A stretch of 64,000 nt of DNA from Octopus vulgaris (lineage: Eukaryota), in contig OX597818.1 in NCBI GenBank assembly GCA_951406725.2, positions 68,262,001 through 68,326,000 on the forward strand, given 5' to 3'. Below are positions 1 through 13,547 of this stretch, one piece after another. The translations under genes were made by a program, and so were the position numbers. Position 1 is the first letter of the stretch. Each line of letters starts with the position of its first letter. The notes below the pieces were generated by a model that saw only the letters and a list, made by a program, of their open reading frames with translations, was not told where the DNA came from and made no database searches.

Positions 1-19
1 ATATGTGTGTGTGTGTGTA

Positions 20-78
<59 letters not shown>

Positions 79-1730
79 TATATATGTGTGTGCGTGCATA
101 TGTGTGTCTGTGTGTTTGTGTCTCCTCTTGGCATGCGTGACTGTTGTAAATTAATATCATTCAATTCCAATATCCTGCGAAAACATGTCTAGCCATAGGG
201 AAATATTACCTTTCTTCAAAGGAGGTGGGTGTTTGTAATAGGAGGAGCATCTAGCTACAGAAAACCTGCCCCTAAACAGCGATCCAAGCCACAGAAGCAT
301 TGAAAAGTAAATATTAAACCAGAAATGGTGATGGAGATATACTCTCAAAGTATATAAATATAGATGTAAAACAACACAGAAAGCCTGATACATTTAAATA
401 TTTCTCCATAAATTCAAAAAAGATAAACAGCTTTAATCAATTTTCAACCCTTATTAGGGTCTCATCTGAACTGTCTACATCACTCAAGACCAATCCCAGA
501 GAAACAAGTAACCAAATCCATTTATATAGAAATCAATTTTTTGAGTCCAGACCAGTGAAAGAACGAATCTACATATCTTGAATGTTTCACACTTTACTTG
601 GTATCACAGATCAATATCCACTCAACTTGAAGTGCTCATAAAACTCAATACACTCATCTGTGACACTTAACAATCTCCGAAGCCACATCACAATACCAAT
701 CAATACCGATTAACACCATTGAAAGCTATATCTCCTGTTCAATAGGAAATGTAGGCCACAGATACTTCAGCTAAGAGATGCTGGCTGTTGGCCACACGTT
801 TAGTTGTTCTCTTCCTGTTGTTGTTTTGCTTTGTCTGTCTGTGTTTAAGATATTTAACGACTGGGCAACATATTTCACTTGCTTATATTCAGGTTTCTTT
901 ACCTCACAAGCCAATATCGAGGCAACTAATTTGTTGCTTCAGTGTATAGAAACAGAATTCAAGAATAGTGTTGCCAGTGACTTCGAAGGTTTTCAGTTTA
1001 CTTAGCCTTTGTTGAACTGAGGTGCTTCTGTGCTCATCTTCAGTATATATATTATAGTCTCTACTAAGTTTTATGACTGAAACAAATAAAAGACTAAAAG
1101 AATGAAAGAATATCTTGCCGAAGTCATTTAAGGACTGACTAACAAGGTGAGCAGATTACAAAAAATTAACAAGTTTTAAATGGTGTTAATATATAAAACT
1201 TTTTCCCAAAACAAGAGAAAAGACACAAATGTTTTTGGAAGTTGGCTGGCATTGTTGACCTTCAAATGTTTTCATTCTAGAATTAGGAAGTCAAGTGGAT
1301 TGCAATGAGTGGACAAAGTCTTGTACTTTTAGTTCCATTAGGCCAGAGATCAAAATGGCTCTAATTTATTTTGTTTTGGTCCTGGGCAGAGGAACACTAA
1401 ATATACAAGTCTTATAAATTATGTTGTTTTAATGGACTGTGGTAGGACTGGCATGTCAAAGAATAGACCTCTGTCATGTAAGTGGTTGAAGGAAGATTTG
1501 CACTCATTAAACCCTCACCAGCAACAACTACGAAAACAGCCATGGGTTGGAGGGTTTTTGCTTGAGTGGGGCAGAGGAATTATCAGCCAGGTCTAGCAGA
1601 AAATCACCAAAAAAATGTGGATACAGTGACTCACAATTACTGTACATTCCCCCAAGCTACGACTGCTAATGCTGAGCAGGACAATAGTTACACAGACTTT
1701 AAAATTCTGTCGTTCTAACAAGAGGAATAA

Positions 1731-1879
1731 CACTAATTATATTGTGTTAATGAGCATAACAACACTAATTGTATAAGCTTCACTAATTATATTACGTTAA
1801 TGAGTAAAACAATATTAATTATATTGACTTCCCTAATTACATTTTGTTCATTGACAGTAGAGCATTAATTATACTACTT
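1731..1879. repeat. Minisatellite, ~50-bp unit x3
   Basis: Units start cactaattatattgtgttaatgag (1731), cactaattatattacgttaatgag (1781) and ccctaattacattttgttcattga (1831). Confidence 0.75.
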
Positions 1880-2644
1880 CGTCCCTATTCATCTCGCAGA
1901 CAGATACCTGGGAAAGTTATTTGTGACAAACCAACGTTTCATCCAGGTGGAAGAATTTATTTCCCATGCACTTCATTCAGTAAAACCAGAATTATGCAGG
2001 TACTCTGAGGGTCTCGGAATTGAGGAGAAAATATCAAAGAATATTGTTTTAAAGAATTTTCCGAAGTAATTTTTCCAAAACACTAACTAATCATCATCAT
2101 CATCATCATCACTACCACTAACATCACTACATTTATCATCATCACCATCATCATGATCACCATCATGCTAGTAGCAATCATCATCCCAGAGATCTGTCTT
2201 CCATGTTGGCATCTGCTGGGGTTCAGAATGACAGGATCTGATAAGCCAGAAGACTGCATCATCGTACTCCATCCCTTGCAATATACTCATTCCAAATCTT
2301 AATCTTCTGAAGTTGAAGCATTTTATTGTGATTTTTTTCTATTTTTATTTTGTTTTACGTCTTAATGAAAGGTGTGAGAGCAGCAAACATGGCCGAAAGC
2401 AAAGCTTCTGAGATTTGAATGTGGCAGAGGGGGAGCAGAGAGGAAAATTAACCCCGACTCAAGTTTAGTTCTTGTAGGAATAACCATTTCAAGATATGGA
2501 GTTGTCCTCAGCCACCAGATATGGACCGTATGCTTCCAGTAGAGGGGTTTTTGGTAAAGGTATGCAAGGGTCAGAGGTGGAAGTTCATGTGGGCAGACTA
2601 TTAAGTTGATAGAACAAAGTCTGCTTGAAGAATTTCAACATAAC

Positions 2645-2810
2645 TGCAGGCATGGTTGTGCGGTAAGAAGCTTGTTTCCCAACCACGGGCTTCTGGGTTC
2701 AGTCACACTGCATGGCAGCTTTGGCAAGTGTCTTCTACTTTAATCTTGGATCAACCAAAGCTTTCTGAGTTAATTTCATAGAGAGAAACTGAAAGAAGCC
2801 CATCATATTT
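2645..2810 (+). mobile_element. tRNA-derived CORE-like SINE (octopus type), 5' half
   Basis: A/B-box-like head tggttgtgcggtaag...gggttcagtc, then tttggcaagtgtcttctact and gaaactgaaagaagccc; same family as 15640 and 44677. Confidence 0.8.
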
Positions 2811-2859
2811 GTATGTATGTATGTATATATGTATGTATGTATATATGTATGTATGTATG

Positions 2860-4113
2860 ACATTGTTCAGTTTTATTTCAAGATTTCTTGCCAATAGAGA
2901 AAGAACCGGTTTCTAACCTAGATCCAAGCCTCCTTCATTGGAATTTCAACTTCAACAACAGGGTATTTTTGTTTGTATGTATGTATGTGTGCAGATTTGT
3001 GTATTTTGTTTTATGTACTCTCGTATATATTGTTGCATATCTAGACAAGCTCATATACATTTAAATGATAAACTTCTGGAAAGTTTTACAGATTTTTACA
3101 GTTCCAGTGATGGATTGGATCTGTAGTCTTCGAATCAGCTCTCCTTTCTGTTTTTGAGGAGCCTAACTTTTTAAGATTTGTATTTAGACAGTGTGTTACA
3201 TATCCCAGGGCTCCAATAATTACAAGTATAAACCTGAACTTGTAATCTGGATAAAGTAACTGCAGATTTCTCAATAATTCAGTATAGGGGATTCTCTTTT
3301 TCACTGATCTTCAGCTTTATGCTAACATCTGCTGGGCAGCTAATTTCCACAACTGTGCACAGTTTCTCTTCTTAATCCCAAATCATTATATCAGGTCTGT
3401 TGTGCTTACATTTTACTGAGGTCTTCACTGGAACATTTCACCAGTATTCCTTTTTATTATGAGTGGCCATGGCTTCTGCCATATTGTGGGTTCTTATTTC
3501 TTTGTATTTCTTTGTCTGCAGGGTTATCCTTCTGATGGATTTCATTATAGAATGTCCTAGTTACAAAATTATGTCTCATCGGTAGATAATACTGTGATGA
3601 CATTTTCAGACAACTGCTTATGATGTGGGTGATATCTTCAGTGTAAACTCCACAAAGTCTGAATCAGTTGTCACATTTTACTGCTTTTCTTGCATCTCTA
3701 TCTCTTTTGTGCATCAGGTATTTGGCTGATATCTCCTGTTCCTGGATTTCAAATGCATACCCTTGAAACTGAGAGGCAGTAATCTGGCTATTGGTCCATG
3801 ATAGATTGCTTTGATGATCGATGTTACTATCATCTCGGAGCTTTCTACTAACATATCCATGCATAGTCTTCTGCTCATACAGACTCATCTTTTCATCTGA
3901 TGATACATTGCAGTAGAGTTGTGCGACTCCTTTGGGCATAGATTTAATGTTATCAGACAAGGAATGCTGCTCAAGGAGCTGCTTTCCAAGTCTTACAATG
4001 TCACCAGCTTCATGTATGGAAACTTGGTCAAGGGATGCACTCCCACAATTGGTGGTTAAAAGATGTTGCCGGAGAGATATGATAAGACATTGAAAGGCAG
4101 TTTGGATCGATGA
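2860..4113 (-). mobile_element. 5'-truncated R4/Dong-like non-LTR retrotransposon (CCHC knuckle + restriction-like endonuclease), decayed
   Basis: Minus-strand translation gives EIQEQEISAKYL, CD..C..CG...EDI.HII, KCKHNRPDIMIWD, VVEISCP and IIGALGYV, typical of the C-terminus of REL-endonuclease elements; stops and frameshifts present. Confidence 0.8.
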
Positions 4114-4351
4114 TATACGTACGTACGTATGTATGTATGCATGCATGCATGTGCACATGCATGTGTGTGTGTGCATGTGTGTGCATGTGTGTGCATGTGT
4201 GTGTTTGTGTGTTTGTGTGTGCATAAACCTAATACACTCTGTTTGCTTGATTTTTTTTCTGGTCTTTACTCTTTTTCAGTTTTGTGGCATATATCTACAT
4301 CCATATCTGTATCTACCTATCTACCTATCTATCTATATATATACATATACA

Positions 4352-4415
<64 letters not shown>

Positions 4416-5300
4416 TATATATATTTATACAGCTATATACATATATATAGAGAGAGATATATGTACATACATATATATATATATACATAGTTATATACAT
4501 ATATGTGTGTGTGTGTGTGTGTATACATGTGCACAGACGCATATGTATGTATTTGTGAGTGGTTAGATCAATATCTGTAAGGTTAAAGAGCCTACTTCCT
4601 CAATTGATTTTCCTTTTACCTGTTCATTCATTGGCTCTGCTTCGTTTATTCTCCTCATCCACAGACACAAGATTAATACACAATACCTTGGCCTTTGTAT
4701 AAATAATAGCTCTTTAAAACTCAACCTACAAATGTTACCAATCCTTAAAATACACAACGAAAGCAGAGAAAGTGGAGTGGAGCACAAAGAGAGCAACAAT
4801 GAGTCGGAGGCAAAAATCAATTAAATGGTTTGTTAAGGTATAAAAGTGGGTGTGTGTCTGTGTGTGCGTGAGTGTGTTTGTACGTGTGCGTGTGTGTGTG
4901 TTGGTGGGCGTGGGATGAGGGAATGCTATGAATATTGTTTTGCCGTGAGTGCATTCCCCACTTGAGGACAGACGGCAAACAAATGGTTCATGTTAAACAT
5001 ACCAATGAAATAGATTTCCAATCGATACAACTATCTTAACAACAGACACGGGAATGGTGGTGCTGCTGGTGGTGGCGGTGGTGGTGGTGGTGATGTTGAT
5101 GATGATGACAATGGTGGCTAATGTGACGGTGAAGGTGATTATGATGGTGTTGAGGGTGAAAATGATGACAATGATGATGATTGTGACAGTGATGCATCTG
5201 ATGATGATGACGATAAGTACCTGTCAACTCCTAGGTTCAATGTGATTCACTAATCCCATCCTCCCATTAAAATTGCTGGCCTTGTGCTAGAATTTGAGAC

Positions 5301-5337
<37 letters not shown>

Positions 5338-5469
5338 GTTATTCTGCCAAGGTGAACTTTACTTTCATCCTTTGGGGTTGATTAAATAAGTACCAGTCAC
5401 GTACTGGAGTCTATGTAATTGACTTAATCCCCTCCCCCAAGGTGCCCTTCTGGCAAAACTTTTAAATCC

Positions 5470-5507
<38 letters not shown>

Positions 5508-5775
5508 GTTGCCAGCATCGCCTGGCCCCGTGCCGGTGACACGTAAAAGCACCATCCGTTCGTGGCCGTTCGCCAGCTCTGTCTGGCACCTGTGCAGGTG
5601 GCACGTAAGAAACACCCACTACACTCGCGGAGTGGTTGGCGTTAGGAAGGGCATCCAGCCATAGAAACACTGCCAGATCTGACTGGGCCTGACGAAGCCT
5701 TCCAGCTTCACAGACCCCAGTTGACCCGTCCAACCCATGCTAGCATGGAAAGCGGACGCTAAATGATGATGATGA
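5508..5775 (+). mobile_element. RTE LINE 3' UTR/tail fragment
   Basis: gagtggttggcgttaggaagggcatccagc...gcatggaaagcggacgctaaa then (TGA)n; same tail as the RTE copy at 11375-12258. Confidence 0.85.
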
Positions 5776-5787
5776 TTATTATTATTA

Positions 5788-6220
5788 TTGAGTGAGGGAC
5801 CAGTGTATGCCATCACAGTGATACTAGGGTAAAATGTACGAAACCCAGTATACCATCAATACTACCTGTCTGATAAGGGTACACCAGGCACATGCATCAC
5901 AACCACATGTGCGCGACATGGTGATCTTATATCAAGATAAAAACCACATGAATAAGGTCTGTTTAAGTATGTTGAACAATCCTTAATTAGGGACCTTTTG
6001 AGCGGGATGGGTTACTCGACCAGAAGAAAATTCTAACTGGGCCCCACCTTCAAGGTCTTGCACTGTTTATCTTGATATGAGATCCCCATGTCATGCACAT
6101 ATGGTTGTGATGCATATGCCTAGTGTACCCTTATCAGACGGGTAGTCATGATGGGTATACTGGGATTCATATATTTTACCCCAGCGTCACTTTGATGGCG
6201 TACTCTGCTCTCTCACTAAA
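5788..6220. mobile_element. Fold-back element with ~160-bp inverted arms embedded in (ATT)n/(AAT)n
   Basis: 5788-5945 is the reverse complement of ~6062-6220 (e.g. gtctgataagggtacac / gtgtacccttatcagac; atatcaagataaa / tttatcttgatat). Confidence 0.8.
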
Positions 6221-6264
6221 TAATAATAATAATAATGATAATAATAATAATAATAATAATAATA

Positions 6265-6480
6265 ATCCTTTCTCCTGGAAGCACAAAGTCTCAAATTTGG
6301 GGGAAGGGATTAAGTCAATTACATCGATCCCAGCGTGTAACTGGTACTTATGTAATTGACTCCAAAAAGATGAAAGGCAACGTCGACCTCAGCAGAATTT
6401 GAACTCAGAACATAGCGTCAGACAAAATACTGGTAAGCATTACGTCCTGCATGATAACTATTCTGCCAACTCATCGCCTT
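6265..6480 (-). mobile_element. Meta-domain tRNA-derived SINE
   Basis: Reverse complement of ...gagttcaaattc...gcctttcatc...gtcaattacataagtaccagtt, a Meta-domain-like core. Confidence 0.8.
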
Positions 6481-6894
6481 CATAATAATAATAATAATAA
6501 TAATGATACACCCAACCACAACCAATAATAATTTCTCGCACAGTCGCAGGGCCACACAATTATTGCAGAGGAATTTTTTCTATTGCTGTCTCAACCAAGA
6601 CTTTGGCAGAATTTGAACTTATGACAGCTGTAGGTACTTTTTCTGTCAAACCAACACATCTTTGTTGGTTCTTACTTAGGCTGAGGGACAAAAGGTTTAA
6701 GTGGGGAGAGTTGGGTGCATTTAGAGTTTACAGTCAACCTTGGTATTAGACTGGTATTTTATTTTAATGGGATCAGAAAGAGGAACAGAGAAACACTGGA
6801 CTTGCTGGGATTTGAACTTAAAACATACACGGCTTCAATAAATACAACAAGGTACTTTGATGATTTAAGAAATCTATGAATCCATCATCACAAC

Positions 6895-7255
6895 ACAACA
6901 ACAATAATAAAAATACAAATGATGATGATGGTGGTGGTGGTGGTGATGTTGGTGGTGGTGGTGATGATGATGATGATGGTGATGGTGGTGGTGGTGATGG
7001 TGGTGATGATGGTGGTGGTGGTAGTGGTAATGATGATGATGGTGGTGGTGGTGGTGGAGGTGGTGGTTATGGTGATGATGATAATGACGACAATGATGAC
7101 AACAATATCGATGACAGTGACAATGAAGAAGATGATAATGATGATGATACTATTACTGAAATTACAACTGCTGCTGCTGCTGCTGCTGCTACTGCTACTA
7201 ATAAGACTATCAATGATGACGACGACGACGATGATGTTGATGATGATGATGATGA
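6895..7255. repeat. Compound trinucleotide microsatellite (GAT/GGT/GCT/GAC)
   Basis: Directly visible low-complexity tract; produces spurious poly-D/G ORFs. Confidence 0.9.
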
Positions 7256-7939
7256 GGTTTCTTTGATGAGAGTAGAAGCTAGTAGTCGGGTGGGGTGGGA
7301 GGAGATGAACGTATTCACTGGGGTCACTGAGGTGGTTTACCTGAAACAAACAATGTATCTGTATGTGCAAGTATGTGTGCATATATATATATATGTGTTT
7401 ATATACATATGCATGTGTGTGTGTGTGTGCATATATATATATTTTTGATGCACTATGGAATTTTGCTATATATATATATGTATATATGTGTGTATATATA
7501 TATATCTGTCTGTTTTTATATATATATATACACATATATATACATATATATATAAGGAGAGAATAATCATAAGAATCCTTCAAAACCTAGGCAGAAATCT
7601 GCAATACACACACACACACACGTACCTATGTATGCAGATATTTCATATGTATATGCATGTATGTGTTTGTCTGTGTGTGTGTGTTGCATATTATGATTCG
7701 ATACACTCTGTTCTATAAACATGCCTCTATCCATAGACACACAGCTGTAAGAAAAGAATCAAGTCTATATATTTATATACACATGGACTCATTTTCCTGA
7801 ACTGCTCCTTATGTAATTGCCTGATTCTCTTTCTAGACAAGGAAACGTATAAATGGATACGAAAACAATACGTACACCCACACAAAATCTATGTAAAAAT
7901 ATATTAATGCATACCATTTTATGAGGACATACATAGCAT

Positions 7940-7943
7940 ACAG

Positions 7944-7988
<45 letters not shown>

Positions 7989-8078
7989 ATATATATATGT
8001 ACATATGTATATGTATGTATATAAAATATATATATATATGTACATATGTATATATGTAAATATATATATATATGTACG

Positions 8079-8115
<37 letters not shown>

Positions 8116-8168
8116 ATATGTATATGTATATATATATATATGTATGTATATATGTATACACATATATG

Positions 8169-8208
<40 letters not shown>

Positions 8209-8275
8209 CATACACATAAATATATATATACACACATATATATATATATATACACATATATAAACACACACACAG

Positions 8276-8321
<46 letters not shown>

Positions 8322-8692
8322 TTATATAAGCGTGCATCAATCCTTTTCTTAAAGTTAAGTCTGTGTGCATGAGGTACTGAAAGGAGACATACACTCGAGG
8401 AGGTTGGAACAAATATTTTACATGAAAATCATGAAATATAAGAACTTATATGTGTGTGCCTCTGTGTCTATGTGTGCATGTGCCTATATATGTGTGAGCG
8501 TATTTGTGTGTATATATACACAAACACACACACAAAAAGATAACAATGTACATCAAAATATATAGATTGATACATACTCATACATATACACACACACACA
8601 TATATATATACGCAGATATTAATATATATATATATATGTACACATATATATATATATACAGATAGTTATATATATATATACATATATATATG

Positions 8693-8755
<63 letters not shown>

Positions 8756-8830
8756 ACATATATATATGTACATATACACACATATATATATATATTTATA
8801 CTTGCCCTTCTACATATACACACATATTGT
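7940..8830. repeat. Compound (TA)n/(TG)n/(CA)n microsatellite region
   Basis: Directly visible. Confidence 0.9.
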
Positions 8831-9719
8831 TAATTTCTATTCACGTTAGCAGTATATATAGGTAGCAGCAACTCTCTTTACTTTCTCTTTGTTTTATAAT
8901 AATGGAAATTAGACTTGTTCATGACCAGCCTTGGTAATTCACTGACAAATACCAGCTGATAATACAATATTCAAGACAAAAGGAACAAGCATAAAGCTCT
9001 TTAAGTGTGATTACACACTTCTAGGCATTCACATACATGCGTATATTCATGCATATACATTATACATACATACATACGTACATATGTATATATATGTATA
9101 TAGATAGATATATTAGAAGTGCATGTATAAATCCATGTGTGTAGTTGTCTACCTGTGTGTGTATATGTTTGTGTGTATGTGTGTGTGTATTGTTTGGAAG
9201 CAGAAGGGGGACAAAGTACTCAATACATGCAACAGTATATATACATTCAAATGTATATTTAGTGTGCATCGCTATGTGAGTATGTGTAATGCATGTGAGT
9301 ATCTATGCGTAAACGCAGATAGATAGATACATGGATAGAGACGCATATAGAAATAAATATACAGGTACGTATATAGATATGTGTGAATGTGTGTTTGTGT
9401 TCTGCGTCGTGCTGCGTCTCCCTGCACCTTGATGCATTTAAACGTCTACGAATGCACGATGCAAGTTGCAGTGAACAGTTTTATATTGCAGTAACTGGAA
9501 AATAGGAAAAAGATAGATTCCTTTTAAGGAAAACTAGAAATTTTGTGATTACTTAAAATTATAAATTTATATTTATTAATGAAGCTGGGTCAATAATTAT
9601 TATGATGGAAGTAAATTGCTTTTATGATGCAAAAGAGAAGGAAACAGAGAGAGAGAATATTAGTGGCAAGGGAACCAGTTGGAACCGGATTTATTCCTTA
9701 CAGGTATTCCCTTACTCTG

Positions 9720-10020
9720 TATGATGATGATGATGGTGGTGGTGGTGGTGGTTGTGACGGTGACAGTGATGATGGTAGTGGTGGTAGTGGTGCTGATGTG
9801 ATGATGACAACGACGATGACGACGATGACGATGGTGACGATGACAAGGATGACGATGTCGACGGTGGTGGTGGTGGTGGTGGTGGTGGTGGTGGCGGCGG
9901 TGGCGGCGGTGGCAGTGGTGATGATGATGATAAGAAAAGAAAGAAGAGGAGGAGGAGAAGAAGAAGAAGAAGAAGAAGAAGAAGAAGAAGAAGAAGAAGA
10001 AGAAGAAGAAGAAGAAGAAG

Positions 10021-10051
<31 letters not shown>

Positions 10052-10075
10052 GCAACAACTGCAACAACAACAATA
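9720..10075. repeat. Compound microsatellite (GAT/GGT, (GAA)n, (CAA)n)
   Basis: Directly visible. Confidence 0.9.
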
Positions 10076-10139
10076 CCACAAAGGTACGAATAGTGAGGAA
10101 TCAATGACTGAAATATGGTACTACAAACACAAGCAAATG

Positions 10140-11030
10140 AGAAGATGTGGAAGATGAGTGGTACCAATGCTGTGGCCATCTCAGTTATAAGTTACAATTA
10201 CAATATTCTTAATTGGAAACTAAATGAAGCAACCAATCTAGACAAGAAAACAAGAAAAATAATGGCCGAATTTCGAATGCACCACCCAAAATCTGATCTA
10301 GAATTGAAGGAGGAAGAGGCCTTTTACACCGAGAAAACTGCTTTAAAATAACCAGCACAGGTTTACCGAAATATCTAACTTAGAACCAAAAAAAAACTGG
10401 TGCAAAAAGCCACAAAGCTTGAGCAAAACAAAAAACTGTTTCCTGTATTCAAGGAAGAGGAATAATACAAGAAAAAGGTCATAACACTTGAGAACTTTGA
10501 TGGAAAAGAAGAAAGGATAAAAGGTGGGAAGTAACCAAAATCTAAAGCTGGAACTCTAAAATATCAGGGCAAAGTGATAGCAAGAAGAACTCTTGCATGG
10601 CAAATAATGAAATAACCCAAACAGAAAAGAATTGCAACAATGGTTGAGAAGGGCAGGAGGATTTTTCACTGCGGCAGAAGATCAAGGCCTCCCCACAAGA
10701 AACCACCAGAAAACCATGCAGAAAAATACAATAAGTAACTGTAGAATATGAGGTGATGGAGAAGAAATAATAAATCGTATTGTCTCTGCCTTCCCAGTCT
10801 TGAAGAATATATCCCCAGACATGACAGAGTTGGGACCTATGAAAATTGGAAGCTATGTCAACACTATGGAATGACCACAGAAAAAGATGGTATAGGCATA
10901 TCCCAGAAAAGGTCACAGAAATTGACAAAACAACTACACTCTGGGATATGCCAAAACACATTGGTAGAAGGATCCAGTCTAACAGACCAGATGTTGTTGT
11001 CAAAGACCACCAAGTGACAAAGACCACCGA
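10140..11030 (+). mobile_element. Decayed R4/Dong-like LINE ORF fragment
   Basis: NAVAISVISY...LDKKTRKIMAEFRMHHPKSD and WYRHIPEKVTE...LWDMP...NRPDVVVKD, motifs of REL-type elements. Confidence 0.75.
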
Positions 11031-11039
11031 GTGACAAAG

Positions 11040-11210
11040 ATACTCTCGGAGTGGTTGACGTTAGGAAGGGCATTCAGTTGTAGAAACTCTGCCAGATCAG
11101 ACTGGAGCCTGGTGCAGCCTTCTGGCTCGCCAATCCTCAGTCAAACCGTCAAACCCATGCCAGCATGGAAAGCAGACGTTAAACGATGGTGATGAGGATG
11201 ATGATGATGG
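11040..11210 (+). mobile_element. RTE 3' tail fragment
   Basis: ggagtggttgacgttaggaagggc...gcatggaaagcagacgttaaacgatg. Confidence 0.85.
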
Positions 11211-11374
11211 TAATTGTTTCATTTGAGTTTTATTTTTATACCCTTTTCTGGCTCTAAAAGCCTCTAGGAAACTAGAAATGTGCCAAAACTATAAATCAGT
11301 CTTTTTTAGGTCTTTTAAAATTTAGAACTATAAAAGCAGCAATTTTTAACTCTAAAGCAAAAATAAACACTGAA

Positions 11375-12258
11375 AATGTGCAGAGAACCTTGAGAGAAAA
11401 GTTGGACCTAAGAAGCATCAGATGTGGCAAGCAAGATAGACAACTGCGCTGGTATGGTCATGTGGTGAGAATGGATGAGGATAGTTGTGTAAAAAAGTGC
11501 CACACCCTAGCTGTTGAGGGAACCTGTGGAAGAGGTAGACCCAGGAAGAACTGAGATGAGGTGGTGAAGCATGACCTTCAAGCATTAGGCCTCACCAAGG
11601 CAATGACTAGTGACCGAGACCTTTGGAAATATGCTGTGCTAGAGAAGAATCAGCAAGCCAAGTAAGACCATAATCTCGTGGCCTATGCCAGTGGGGGGGG
11701 GGGGTAACCAGCCCACTTATGTGTACCTTTCCTTCATTGGACACTATACTCTGCTTGTGAAGACCTGTTGAGGCAAGTGAAATCGAAAGCAAATTCGATG
11801 ACTGACATCTGTGCTAGTGGAGCGCTAAGAGCACCATCTGTGCGTGATCATTGCCAGAGCAGCTAACTGGCGTCTGTGTTGGTGGGCACATAAAAAGCAC
11901 TATTCGAGAGTGATTTTTACCAGCGTTGCCTTAATGGCACTTGTGCCGATGGCACATGAAAAATCATTCAAGCGAGGTCATTGCCAGTGCCACAGGACTA
12001 GCTCCTGTGCAGGTGGTACCTAAAAAACACCAGTTGAGCATGGCTGTTGCCAGTACCCCCTGACAGGCCCTCATACCAGTGGCATATAAAAGTACCCACA
12101 ACACTCTTGGAGTGGTTGGCGTTAGGAAGGGCATCAAGCTGTAGAAACTGTGCCAGATCAGATTGGAGCCTGGTGCAGTCACTGGCTCTCCTAGCCTCAG
12201 TCAAATAGTCCAACCCATGCCAGCATGGAAAACGGACGTTAAACGATGATGATGATGA
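11375..12258 (+). mobile_element. RTE-clade LINE 3' end (ORF C-terminus + repeat-containing 3' UTR)
   Basis: Translation LRWYGHVVRMDEDSCVKKC...GRGRPRK*DEVVKHDL...DRDLWKYAV; 3' UTR ends gacgttaaac(GAT)n. Confidence 0.9.
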
Positions 12259-12269
12259 TATATATAGAT

Positions 12270-12435
12270 ATATACGATAGTCTTCTTTCAGTTTCCATCA
12301 ATCAAATCCATGCCCAAGGCTTTGGTTGCCCTGAGGCTATAGTAGAACACACTTGTCGAAGGTGCCAGGCAATGGGACTAAACCTGGAACCATGTAGTTG
12401 ATAAGCAATCTACTTACCACATAGCAACTTCTGTG

Positions 12436-12440
<5 letters not shown>
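12270..12440 (-). mobile_element. CORE-like tRNA SINE 5' half
   Basis: Reverse complement of the SINE head seen at 15640 and 44677. Confidence 0.75.
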
Positions 12441-12483
<43 letters not shown>

Positions 12484-12602
12484 TGCATGTATGTATGTAG
12501 ACATGTAAGTGTGAAATCCAATTTAAATCCTGGATCTTACTCAGGGCTGGTTCTAGATGTTGTGTAGCTAGAAAACGCACAACACAAATTTATGTTCTTT
12601 TA

Positions 12603-12671
<69 letters not shown>

Positions 12672-12951
12672 TTATATATATTTATATATATAGTTATTTA
12701 TACATGTATAAATATACATATGTATGTATATTCATGTGTGTGTCTCGGTGTCTGCATTTGCACCCCCACTATCACTTGACAACAGATAGTGGTGTGTTTA
12801 TGTCCTCAAAAGAGACTGTTAGAATAAGTACTAGGCTTAAAAGGGTCAATTTGTTCAACTGAAACCTCTTCACGCCGTGCTTCAGCATGTCCACATTGAT
12901 ATGACTGAAACTTGTAAAATGGTAAAAGAGTATATAAATATAAACGCTGTA

Positions 12952-13547
12952 CAGGGTGTTCCGAAAGTCTCTCCCCACTGAATTCTTTCCATCTTGCACC
13001 TGCGCATCTTGGCTATCACTGACTGGGTGACCGGGTGTTAGCCATTGTCCCTCACTCATTGTGTACCCTTCAGCGTGTCGACATGCTAACCATTGAAGAA
13101 TGTACATTTTCAGTTGAATGGGTGTTTCGAGCTGGGAACACATACACAGATTCTGTGAAACAGAAGTTCAGTGAAACTTTTCCAAATACCTTTGTTCCAT
13201 ATCGTCACATTGCAGGATTTGATATGAAAATTTAGAAACATAGACTCAGTCAAAGACACAGCAAGGAGTGATAGGTTTCTGTTCTTTCAGACGAAGCACT
13301 CCCCAATATTTTTGATAAACTTTTGGCAAGCCCGTCAAAGTCCTTATGCAAATTGTCACAGGAAATGGAAATCAGCCTAGGAAGTGCTCACTTGGCAGTA
13401 AAAAAGAAATTAAATTTCAACATCTCTTTTAAAGTTTTTTTAAAGTCTTCTAAAGTCTAATATATTGTTTTGTAGTTTTATTCCATCTTAGAATTTTTTA
13501 TTTTGCAATAAAATACTTACTGTGTACAGACTTTTTGAACACTCAGC
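12952..13547 (+). mobile_element. Internally deleted Tc1/mariner element (DUF4817-like N-terminal HTH)
   Basis: Left TA+cagggtgttccgaaagtct, right agactttttgaacactc (TIR pair); ORF MLTIEECTFSVEWVFR...KQKFSETFP followed by frameshifted SV.D..RS.R. Confidence 0.7.

Noticed and set aside
7789-8412. YI/CV/HT-rich ORFs throughout the window
   Set aside because: Translations of (TA)n, (TG)n and (CA)n repeats
11800-12100. Repeat-spacer-like periodicity suggesting a CRISPR array
   Set aside because: Eukaryotic context, degenerate units with related spacers, no cas genes; it is an RTE 3' UTR
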